From positions 832,001 through 896,000 of the forward strand of contig CAVVMW010000006.1 of assembly GCA_963749495.1 (NCBI GenBank): a stretch of DNA of 64,000 nt, read 5' to 3'. The notes beneath the pieces were generated by a model. The model was given only the letters and a program-made list of their open reading frames with translations, ran no database searches and was not told the origin of the DNA. This stretch comes from an uncultured bacterium. GTDB lineage: Bacteria; Verrucomicrobiota; Verrucomicrobiia; Limisphaerales; UBA8199. Position 1 is the stretch's first letter, and each line of letters begins with the position of its first letter. A program made the position numbers and the translations under genes. Of the stretch, positions 1-8,656 are shown in pieces.

Positions 1-386
1 CATCGAGAGCAGTCCGATAAACGCGGGCTCCTGTGCCAGGCAGAAATCTTGTAACGTACGGGCAGAGGTCTCGGTACGTTACGAGATGTCTGCTCGGGGT
101 TAACCGCTTCTGCCTCAATTGGTTGAGTGCCTTCAGACGCAGGGGTTTTCCGCTTCCAATACCCTGGATGAGCCTTGCGCCAAGCCCGCACCCGGTCGGT
201 GCCTTCGCCCTGCCGAAAGTGCGAAAGATTTTTGGGTTGGCGATACCAGCGCCGCTGGCTGGCGAGCTTGCTGGCCCGGCGGCAATCCGGTTTTTCGCAG
301 TAGCGTTGATGCTTCCGGTTCCGGTAATCCGGGAAGAAAAACGCGTTGCAACACTGGCACTTACGTCGCTTGGACTTTGGGCTCAT
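1..386 (-). CDS. Cys-rich (Zn-finger-like) hypothetical protein inside an IS21-type end; 3' partial
   Basis: Not in the ORF track because it runs off the window. Manual translation from ATG at 386: MSPKSKRRKCQCCNAFFFPDYRNRKHQRYCEKPDCRRASKLASQRRW...RVRAWRKAHPGYW. Confidence 0.6.
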   Translation of the reverse strand, partial: MSPKSKRRKCQCCNAFFFPDYRNRKHQRYCEKPDCRRASKLASQRRWYRQPKNLSHFRQGEGTDRVRAWRKAHPGYWKRKTPASEGTQPIEAEAVNPEQTSRNVPRPLPVRYKISAWHRSPRLSDCSR

Positions 387-514
387 CGCGCCCCAACAGC
401 AACACAGCCGCCGAGCGGATCAAAACAAAACAATCGGCCCGAAGAAGAACCAAGGCGAAGAAGCAAGAAGAGCTCTCAGGAGAATAGCCGGAAGAAAAGA
501 CCAGGGAAGAAGAA

Positions 515-563
515 GGGAATTTCAAACCAGCGGTTTTCCGGGAATATCACTCCGCCGCTGGCA
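515..563 (-). mobile_element. IS21-family-like terminal inverted repeat (element extends leftwards out of the window)
   Basis: Minus strand reads TGCCAGCGGCGGAGTGATATTCCC...GGTTTGAAATTCCC. It has a TG terminus and two internal repeats (gggaatttcaaacc 515-528, gggaatatcactcc 540-553) 25 bp apart, typical of IS21 ends. Confidence 0.6.
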
Positions 564-645
564 GCGAAGCCGGAGACGAAACCATGTTTCGTCTCTTCGG
601 CCGCGCCGCATCTCGTGTTCTCCAATGGCGACCCTTTACGGGCGG

Positions 646-876
646 TCAGACGCCTCCAGTTTGGACACGGTTGAAGATGCTCGGGCTCCGGAGTTTCTGC
701 ATCGCCCGGTCGCAATCGTCCGTGTCGAACCGCACGAAGCGCCCCTGTTTGACGAACGGCAAGATGCGCCGCCGCATGAGGCTTGTAATCGTGCGCACGC
801 TGCACTTTAAACGCGCGGCGATTTCGCGTTTAGTTTTCCAGCTTTTCTCCTGACGAGGAATGATTTCATCTTTCAT
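646..876 (-). CDS. Excisionase-like / HTH_17 DNA-binding protein
   Basis: MKDEIIPRQEKSWKTKREIAARLKCSVRTITSLMRRRILPFVKQGRFVRFD: winged-HTH excisionase pattern. Confidence 0.7.
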   Translation of the reverse strand: MKDEIIPRQEKSWKTKREIAARLKCSVRTITSLMRRRILPFVKQGRFVRFDTDDCDRAMQKLRSPSIFNRVQTGGV

Positions 877-1441
877 GAGTCTTTCGTTTGCCGGAATTCT
901 CGACGCAGAGTCCTCATGGAGGTCCGGCCCGGATGCCCTATGGAGCGTCGGTGGAGAAGGAAGCGGATTTGCCTGGGTCGGAGCGCATCCTGGTCCACTG
1001 CACTTGCAGAGCACATCCAAGCAAGGTGAAACGACTTTCGTGTCGTCGGGCCATCCTGGGCCGGCGCGAAGATGGTCAGAGGGGCTCGCCAAGCCGCAAG
1101 GGTTGCAGAGCGGTGGAATGACGGCGTCCGGAAGCCGGCTTGGTGTTCAATGGGCGGTGAATCCAATGCGGTTGCGGCCCGGAATCGATCCAGGGGCGTC
1201 AATCTCAGCCCATGACGGCCAGCTTTGATTACTGAATGAGTTCCGGCTGCCGTGGTTCCCTCAAAACCCGAGCCAGCAAGTTCGTTCCCTTGACCTCCTC
1301 GTAGCGCTCCTGGAGGTTCGGCCGCGTCGCGAGAGGCGGATCCACGAGTGAGGGAGTTTTTTCGCAGGAGACCTCTGCTCCTGTGATTGCCTATCGACTC
1401 GCTTGACCAAATCGTTTGAGCAGGCCCACACTGGTGACATC

Positions 1442-2518
1442 ATGTCATCGGAACCATTCAGGGAAGGTGGCCCGCACGACATTCGGCGGATAGGGCAAGA
1501 CCGTTATGAGATGTCGGTCAGCCTGCCTGTGGACCAGGACGGGCGAACGGCTCGCGAGTGCCCGCGTGCCGACTGTTCTCCTGGGTTCTTCAAGGTGAGG
1601 GGTGGGACCGGTGTTAAAAACCAAGCCGAGGCATTCTGCCCTTACTGCCGTGCCACCGGAAAGCCGACAGACTTCACTACGAAGGAGCAACTTCGGTATG
1701 CGAAAGAGCTTGTAGAGGCCCAAGCGTGCGAGGGCGTTGAACGGATGATGAAGGAAGCCCTTGGTCTCGATTCCCAGGGGCGCCGCCAGTTGGTCGGTGG
1801 GTTTCTGAATGTCAGCATCGAGATGAAGTCGCCCCCGAAACCACACGTCTGGCGGCCGTGGGAAACCATCCTCAAACGCGATGCCGTGTGCCCCCGTTGC
1901 CAACTGGATCAGTCGGTTTACGGTTTGGCTGTGTGGTGCGCGGATTGTGGGGCAGACATTTTCTCAACGCATATTCTCGGCGAAATGAATGTCATTCGAG
2001 CGATGTTGGCTGATGTGCGACGCCGCCGAGATCTGCTCGGGGAACGCGCCGCCGCGAAAGATGTTGAGAACGCATTGGAAGACCTGGTCTCGGTCTTTGA
2101 GGCGGTGTTGAAGATTGATCTGCAGCGTTTTATGCGCCTTCATGGTGTCCTCGATTCCGAGGTTGATACCAAAATGCGCCGTATCGGCAGCCGGATGCAA
2201 TCGGTATCCAACGCAGAGGCCATCGTGCCAGACCATTGCAATGGGACTCAGTTGTTCAGTGGGGCGGTGGTGCTTCACGGGCTCGATCTCGTGTTTCAAA
2301 AGCGCCATCCCATTACGCATAACCTCGGTGTAATTGATCGCAAATACCTTGAGCGTGTTCGGAGCGGTGAAATGGAAGGGCGGGAAGTCCGCGTCGGACA
2401 AGAAGAGGTTCAGCAGGCAGCCGACGCCGTGTTTCTCGTGCTGGAGGACCTGCACGTGCGTTTGTTTCCAGACTCGGTCAAGGCCGCCGGCCCTCCTCCA
2501 CTGAGCACCAAGCCCTGA
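1442..2518 (+). CDS. Zn-ribbon protein with C-terminal HEPN-like RxxxxH motif (putative RNase)
   Basis: Cys pairs CPRADC, CPYC, CPRC and CADC, followed by a helical C-terminus with FQKRHPITHNLGVIDRKY (R-x4-H). Confidence 0.6.
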   Translation: MSSEPFREGGPHDIRRIGQDRYEMSVSLPVDQDGRTARECPRADCSPGFFKVRGGTGVKNQAEAFCPYCRATGKPTDFTTKEQLRYAKELVEAQACEGVERMMKEALGLDSQGRRQLVGGFLNVSIEMKSPPKPHVWRPWETILKRDAVCPRCQLDQSVYGLAVWCADCGADIFSTHILGEMNVIRAMLADVRRRRDLLGERAAAKDVENALEDLVSVFEAVLKIDLQRFMRLHGVLDSEVDTKMRRIGSRMQSVSNAEAIVPDHCNGTQLFSGAVVLHGLDLVFQKRHPITHNLGVIDRKYLERVRSGEMEGREVRVGQEEVQQAADAVFLVLEDLHVRLFPDSVKAAGPPPLSTKP

Positions 2519-2660
2519 CGAACCATGGTCTGGGCACCAGGACGAGAGTTTGCTTCATGCGGCCGTTGTGAGGGCTGCGCGCTTACCCCGACGCACCCTG
2601 AGGCATTTGGGGAGACTGACGCGGGCCTCGGATTGACCGAAAAAAGAGTCAAAATTGTTG

Positions 2661-2690
2661 TTGACAAGCGTTAACCCTTGGGGTTAATTA
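2661..2690 (+). promoter_or_regulatory. Sigma70-like promoter with overlapping operator palindrome upstream of higBA
   Basis: TTGACA at 2661-2666; TTAACCC-TTG-GGGTTAA inverted repeat at 2671-2687; AT-rich -10 region. Confidence 0.65.
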
Positions 2691-2702
2691 TCGTGGTGAC
2701 GC

Positions 2703-3038
2703 GTGGAAATCTCATTCATTAACGCGAAGCTCGCCAAAGAACTGGCGGACGAGCAAACGATCCTCCGGAAATACGGGCCGGATAACGGGCGGCGGATCTG
2801 CCTGCGGCTGGCCCAATTGATCTCGGCAGAAAATCTGGAAATTCTTCGGTTTTTGCCCCAATTGCGGGCTCACGAGCTTGCCGGCGACCGCGCCGGGCAG
2901 ATTTCCGTGGACGTGAAGCATCCGCGCCGTCTGCTGCTGATGCCGGACCACGCCCAGCTTCCCCGCAAACCCGATGGCGGGCTGGACTGCAAGCGCGTCA
3001 CCAGGGTGAAGGTCCTGGGCATCATCGACACACATTGA
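2703..3038 (+). CDS. higB: HigB-like (RelE superfamily) toxin
   Basis: MEISFINAKLAK...RAHELAGDRAGQISVDVKHPRRLL...IIDTH; lies upstream of an HTH antitoxin. Confidence 0.8.
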   Translation: MEISFINAKLAKELADEQTILRKYGPDNGRRICLRLAQLISAENLEILRFLPQLRAHELAGDRAGQISVDVKHPRRLLLMPDHAQLPRKPDGGLDCKRVTRVKVLGIIDTH

Positions 3039-3043
3039 ACAAC

Positions 3044-4129
3044 ATGAACACGACATTCGAACCAAATTTTGTGGTCCCGCCGGGGGAAACGCTGGCGGAG
3101 GCCCTCGAGACCCTGGGCATGACTCAGGCCGAGCTTGCCGGGCGGATGGGGCGGCCTCTGAAGACCATCAACGAGATCGTCGCTGGTAAAGCGATGATTA
3201 CCGCCGACACGGCGCTGCAACTGGAAAAGGTGCTCGGGGTGCCGGCCTCGTTTTGGACCAACCACGAACGCGTCTATCGCAACGCCCTGGCCCGGCGGCG
3301 CGAAACCAGCCAACTGGAACAGCAACTGGACTGGCTTGGCACCATGCCCGTCAAGGAACTCGTTCGTGTCGGTTGGGTTGCGCCAGCCGCTGGACCTGTG
3401 GGTCAACTTCGCGCTGTCCTGAGCTTCTTCGGTGTGGCGGGGGTCGAGGAATGGCGGGCGATTTGGGAAAGCCCGGAGGCCGCTTTCCGACAGACACGGG
3501 CGTATGTTGCCAGCCCTGGAGCCACTGCCGCCTGGCTCCGAAAGGGAGAAATCGAAGGCCAAAAAGTTGATTGTGCTACCTTCGACCAGGGCCTTTTCAC
3601 GGAAGCGCTTCGCCAAGTGCGCGGCTTCACGTTCAAGGACCCGGCGGAGTTCGTTCCTGATCTCCGCGAGCAGTGCATGCGAGCAGGCGTCGCAGTGGTC
3701 TTCGTCCCGCCTTTGACCGGGGTGCGCGCTTACGGTGTCACCCGGTGGATGCATAGCTCCAAGGCTCTGATCCAGATGAGCCTGCGGGGCAAGACGGACG
3801 ATCACCTGTGGTTCACGTTCTTTCACGAGGCCGGGCACGTTTTGAAGCATGGCAAACGGGCCGTGTTTGTCGAACAGGGCGAAGAGGAAGCCGCAGTCCG
3901 TGACCCCCGGGAGGCCGAGGCGGATGTCTTCGCGCAGGAATGGCTGATTCCCTCGACCGACTACGAGCGATTCTGCGCGAACGGCGATTTGAGCGTCGCG
4001 GCTATCCGGCGATTTGCCGGCAGGATCGGCCTGGCGCCCGGGATCGTGGCCGGGCGTTTGCAGCACGACCGCCGGATACCATTTTCGCGAGCCAACCAGC
4101 TTAAGCGCCGATTCGATTTCGGAAACTGA
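3044..4129 (+). CDS. higA: HigA-type HTH antitoxin fused to ImmA/IrrE metallopeptidase
   Basis: PPGETLAEALETLGMTQAELAGRMG...INEIVAGK HTH; FFHEAGH (HExxH) and downstream EAEADVFA motif. Confidence 0.85.
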   Translation: MNTTFEPNFVVPPGETLAEALETLGMTQAELAGRMGRPLKTINEIVAGKAMITADTALQLEKVLGVPASFWTNHERVYRNALARRRETSQLEQQLDWLGTMPVKELVRVGWVAPAAGPVGQLRAVLSFFGVAGVEEWRAIWESPEAAFRQTRAYVASPGATAAWLRKGEIEGQKVDCATFDQGLFTEALRQVRGFTFKDPAEFVPDLREQCMRAGVAVVFVPPLTGVRAYGVTRWMHSSKALIQMSLRGKTDDHLWFTFFHEAGHVLKHGKRAVFVEQGEEEAAVRDPREAEADVFAQEWLIPSTDYERFCANGDLSVAAIRRFAGRIGLAPGIVAGRLQHDRRIPFSRANQLKRRFDFGN

Positions 4130-4147
4130 GACTACCCAAGGCCATTC

Positions 4148-5348
4148 ATGCGTTCTAGAGGCAGTCAAACGATCACCACGGTTGACACGAAAGAAACCAG
4201 GCGATTGCGACGAGCCATCCGGGTATCCCTGAAGGCACAGGGATTCACAATTGGCGAGGATGGGGTGTCATTTCGCCGGAAGAAAGACAAGCGGAGCATC
4301 CGGAAACGCCATGGACATGCTGTGGCCAAGCAGGCCGAGCTCGCGGCCCCGACCCTCTCACCGCACGAAGACAGGCTGCTCAGTTTTATCGCCTCAGGCT
4401 CCGAGATTGACCCGACTCAAATCAAACCAAAGTTAGTGCAAGTCGAACCGGATTCGGAACACTCGCGTTTGTTTCGCTACGCGTGTCTGCATTGGAGCAT
4501 TCCGATCTCTGAGGGTTACGGGAGGCGGCTTCGCTTTCTGATCTTCGATGAGAGCAACGGTAAACTCATCGGGTTGTTTGGACTCGGAGATCCGGTCTAT
4601 TCCATCAAGGACCGGGACCGTTGGATCGGCTGGAGTGCAGAAGCGAAGGCCGAACGGCTTTACCACGTAATGGATGCCTGCGTGCTCGGAGCGGTCCAGC
4701 CGTATTCTCGCCTGCTGGGAGGAAAACTGGTCGCGTTGGCCATCTCCACAAATGAAGTCCGCGAGGCATTCGCGCTCCGTTATGGTGGCCGAAGGGCGCT
4801 GATCTCAAAGAAAAGGCGAGATCCCCACTTGGCGCTCATCACGACCACTTCGGCGCTTGGCAGGTCCTCGATTTACAACCGGGTGAAGTATCGCAAGCGG
4901 CTGGTGATGGAGAGCGTGGGCTTCACGAGCGGCTGGGGCGAGTTCCATTTTTTCTGACGGTGTTTACGAGGACTTGTCCGATTTTGCGGCCAGGCACTGC
5001 GCCCCGACGGCGAAGAACGAAACCTGGGGGACGGGTTTCCGGAATCGTCGCGAACTGGTTCGCAAAGCCCTCTCGAAACTCGGCTTCTCTCAGGAAATGC
5101 TGAACCACGGCATTAAGCGTGAGCTGTTCGTGGCGCCACTGGCCAAGAACACGCGCCCGTTCCTCAAGGGAAACACGGAAACCCCGCGCTATTTCAGTAG
5201 GCCTTTTGACAAGACTGCTAAGTTTTGGCGCGAGCGATGGTTGCTGCCGCGGGCCGAACGCGACTCGTCTTATCACGACTTCGACTGCGAGGAATGGCGG
5301 CTCTGGAAGAAAGAATCTCATGCCCGAAGACAGCCAAAGCCCGTTTAG
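4148..5348 (+). CDS. DruA-like DUF4338 protein (one frameshift at T6 run 4947-4952)
   Basis: WSIPISEGYGRRLRFLIFD...LGDPV...RDRWIGW...LGAVQPYSRLLGGKLVA...TTTSALGRSSIYNR. Removing one T joins 4148-4957 to 4974-5348 (FHFSDGVYEDLSDF). Confidence 0.75.
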
Positions 5349-6471
5349 CGACCTGCCTGCCGCGCTGGTTGATGAGGTCATCCTCTGCTGACAGGGCATC
5401 GGGAAACGCCTTCTCCAATCGTTCGAGCAAGTTCGCGCTGACCGCCAGAAGCGCCGAGACCAACTCGCGGCGGCCCGGCTTCTGCGCCGGGAGTCGGAGC
5501 TTGAAAACCCGCACATTCCCACTTGCTGCGGCGTGGACGGCTCCTACGCCGTGGAGCGCCTGCTGACGACTGATCTCGCGGCTGCGGCGGCAGTCGCTGT
5601 CGAAGGCCTAACGCCGCCCTCGGAAAAGCGATTCTGGCCTGAACCCAGGCATCAGGCCGTGGTCGAAGCCGAGACCCACAATGACACGACCAGCACGGTC
5701 TTGCGGGGCCTGATGATGACGATGGAGTTGGGGCTCGCGGCCCAGGCGCCTCACGACCTTGTTTTCCTGGATGGTTCAACGACCACGCCGGTGATCTACC
5801 TTAATCAAGCCCTGAGTCGCGCCAATGCTCCATACGCGCCCACATTCGGCGAAACGCTCAAGCGGCGCGCAAAAGATGGATTGGCTGCCTACCTGGCGAT
5901 ATTGAGGTCGGAACGATCAGACAAGTGCTGGGCTTTCTGCCCGAAATATGCGACCACTCGGGAAATCGGCATCGAGATGGATTGGCCCGTGTCTTACGAT
6001 GACCGCGGGATGTTGACGATGTTGCTGGAGGCAGGCGAGTTCACGGACGCAAGAGGTCTCCAGGAACCCGAGTCTCCCTGGCATATCAACACGAGCGCCG
6101 TTCCGGAGTCTGACCGGGACGAGGCAAAACACCTGGAAGAGCGCGTTGTCGCCGCTCTGGAGGACGTCGCGGTCATTTACTATAAGCCGTCTCGTTGGTC
6201 CCCGGCACTGCGCCTCGAGGTGAGCCGTCATGTAGCGGAGAATAGGAGCCGGCTAGCAGCCCTGCTCCAGGGCGTGAAACTCCAGTCTGCATGCCCCGCC
6301 ATAATGGAGCCATACCCCCTTTACCTGGCCGACCGGATGGTAAAATCGCTTCCAGGTGCCATCCCAGCCTTCCGGCAAGTCGCAACCCAAAGCATCGCAG
6401 CCACTTACACGGGCAGCTTGGATGAAGTCTTTTACGGAATGCACGCCTATCGGACCGAAGGAGGTGCCTGA
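5320..6471 (+). CDS. nurA: NurA-domain nuclease (in-frame TGA at 5389-5391, likely error or nonsense mutation)
   Basis: Motifs GVDGSY, LVFLDGS and PYPLYLADRMVK. ATG 5320 is in frame with the 5533-6471 ORF and overlaps the DruA-like 3' end. Confidence 0.7.
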
Positions 6472-6698
6472 GCACGGCTTCGGCGTTTAGAACGGCCCTT
6501 GTCGGGTGGAATCGGGGCGTGAGCGCAGGCGAGGATCTCGTCGCCACAACGGCTCGCGCAGTGTGAATTGCCAGGCTGTTATAGGAAGGATTTGCTCAGA
6601 TCCGGGCAGCAATGTGGGAAGCCATAGAAACGTCCGGCATGCAGAGAGACCAGACCGATCAGAGCCGAACCGATGCTCAGACTCAGGGGAGCACCCCA

Positions 6699-7908
6699 TC
6701 AGGTGTTATTGAGCAGAGGACGACCGACCAGGTCGATGGCCAAGCGGCGATTGTTCCTGGCGGCACAGCGAAAGCGTGGCAGATAGGAGGTGGCTTTGTG
6801 CTGGCGGGCAGCATCCAGGGCACAGAGGCCGATGACCAGGTTGCGCAAGGCACCCAGGTTTTGCGGGCCGTGGCCGGTGCGGACGGTGCAAGCATCTTCG
6901 CCGAAAGTGACATCGCGCACGTAGTGGACCGACTCGATGCTCCAATGGCCACGGCGAAAGGCCTGCAATTGCGCCGCATCCATCTGCGCATTGGGGCGGC
7001 TGCTCAAGACCAGTTCGGCCTCCTCGGTAACGCGAACGGCTTTGAGATGGTGAGTAGTGCGCACGATGACGGCGGCTTGGAGGGCGTGTGGGAAGCCGCA
7101 CTGTTGGGGTGTGACTTCAAAGGGCCAGACCTCGCGGGTTTCATGCCGTCCATGGCCTTGGTCAATCGTGATGTGCTCAGGGGGAAAAAACGCCTTTCGG
7201 CGCGTGAGACAGGCGGGCCAGTTTGTCGAAGAGCTTGGGTTGATTGGCTTTGACGACCAGGAGGTAGTCAGCCTTTTTTTCCTCGACCACATGGTCGGCG
7301 GTGGCGGTCTGAGTATTGAGCGCGTCGGCGCTGACCAAGGTGCCGCGCAGGTCCAAGTCCCGGAGCAGGTCCTTGAGGGTGGGTATTTCATTGGTCTTGG
7401 CCGGGATTTGGATTTGGCGGCAAAAGAGTTGGGTTTGGGTGTCCAGGGCGCCGAAGAGTTGGATGCCTTGTCCGTTGATTTTGGTGGCGGTGCGGGCACA
7501 TTTGCCATCGACGGCCAGTGCGGCGATGCCCGCGTTCTTGAGGTGGGAGCGCAGCCAATCGTTGATCAGCCTGTCCAATTCTGTCGGGTCCAGGCGCTGG
7601 AGGATTCGGCGGATGGTCGTTTCGCTGGGAGGGATGAACTTGCGGGTCTTGCGGCAACGGCAGGCGCGCAGGCTGCGGAGTTGGTTTTGGTTGAGGGACT
7701 GGGAGAACTCGCCGATATTGATCAGGGAGTTGTTGCCCGCAATCATCGCGGCGGCAGCAATGGCCACAATGGAGGCGACGCGGCGATGGCGCCAACCCCG
7801 GTAGCGGCGGGGGTCGTGGAGTGGGGCCAGGGCGTGGAGCAAGCTTTGGGTTTGTTTTCCGCTCAAAGGATATTCCTGAGGCGGGGCTCTCGGCGATAGG
7901 GCGCCCAA
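6699..7908 (-). CDS. ISAs1 DDE transposase (split at T6C5 run 7180-7190)
   Basis: LHDPRR.RG.RH, LAVDGK, KTNEIP, VSADALNTQ, YLLVVKANQPKL, GHGRHETR and HWSIES.HYVRDVTFGED motifs. Confidence 0.85.
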
Positions 7909-8561
7909 GCTGCCGGCATGAGCGGAGCCGAGAGGATCTGGCGGGCGTTGCGGACCAGCGGATACACGAAGATGGCTTTGGGCTGCTGGTGGAGTTGATA
8001 GAAATCCAGGCGGGAGCGTCCCCAGCCTTTGGTCACGCCGATTTCAAACCAATTGGCGGCACGATAACAGGTGCCTTCGAACCGTTTGGGGTCCACATAG
8101 GTTTCGACCAAGGCGATGGGGTGGCCGTAGTGTTCCAGCCAGTCGGCACTGAGGCGCTGGAGGTTGAGGCTCAGGCAGTGGGAAGCCAGGTTGGGCGAGC
8201 GGCCTTTGGGCCTGAGCAGCGCGAAGCGAGCGTTGCAGGCCAGCAGGTGGCGTCCGGCCTGTCGCTGAGCGTCGGTCCAGCCGATCCAGGCATCGCGGGG
8301 CCGCAGATGGAAGGCGGCGCTGGACCAACCCAACAGGCCGATCCATCGCCCCTTTTTCTTGATCACATAGCGAAGCGACTCGCCGACCATGCGATGCTCT
8401 TTGAGGTAATGGTGTTTTCGGATCAGTTTGTTCCACCGAGCTTCCTCCTCAAGGCTCTTGACCAACTCGACGGTGATCGTCTTATCGGTGGTCTCTCGGA
8501 GGATTTGGGTGACGAGGTCCTCAGGTTTGGAGGTCCGTTTTATCTGTGCAGGACAAATCAT
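7863..8561 (-). CDS. DUF4338 domain, probably N-terminal part of the transposase (frameshift near 7885)
   Basis: HHYL...VGESLRY...RDAWIGW...NARFALL...PNLAS...ETYVDPKRFEGTCYRAANW..IG.TKG. Confidence 0.8.
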   Translation of the reverse strand: MICPAQIKRTSKPEDLVTQILRETTDKTITVELVKSLEEEARWNKLIRKHHYLKEHRMVGESLRYVIKKKGRWIGLLGWSSAAFHLRPRDAWIGWTDAQRQAGRHLLACNARFALLRPKGRSPNLASHCLSLNLQRLSADWLEHYGHPIALVETYVDPKRFEGTCYRAANWFEIGVTKGWGRSRLDFYQLHQQPKAIFVYPLVRNARQILSAPLMPAAWAPYRREPRLRNIL

Positions 8562-8656
8562 GCCGCCGAGTTTGGCAGCCTCGGGGGGCTTTGTCCAGTC
8601 CCACGTTATATCCAATTGATCAGCAACAACTTACGCAATGATCCGCCGAAGCCGTG

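Larger units (their letters stand above)
6473..8656 (-). mobile_element. ISAs1-family IS with N-terminal DUF4338 domain
   Basis: Perfect terminal IRs CACGGCTTCGGCG (6473-6485) and CGCCGAAGCCGTG (8644-8656) enclose the DUF4338 and ISAs1 transposase ORFs; no target duplication. Confidence 0.85.

Noticed and set aside
4148..5348. Complete Druantia system
   Set aside because: Only a DruA-like gene is present; there is no DruE helicase or DruB-D in the window.
5386..5394. In-frame TGA in nurA as selenocysteine or recoding
   Set aside because: It lies in the non-catalytic N-terminal region, I see no convincing SECIS, and TGA is a normal stop throughout the window. Error or nonsense mutation is more likely.
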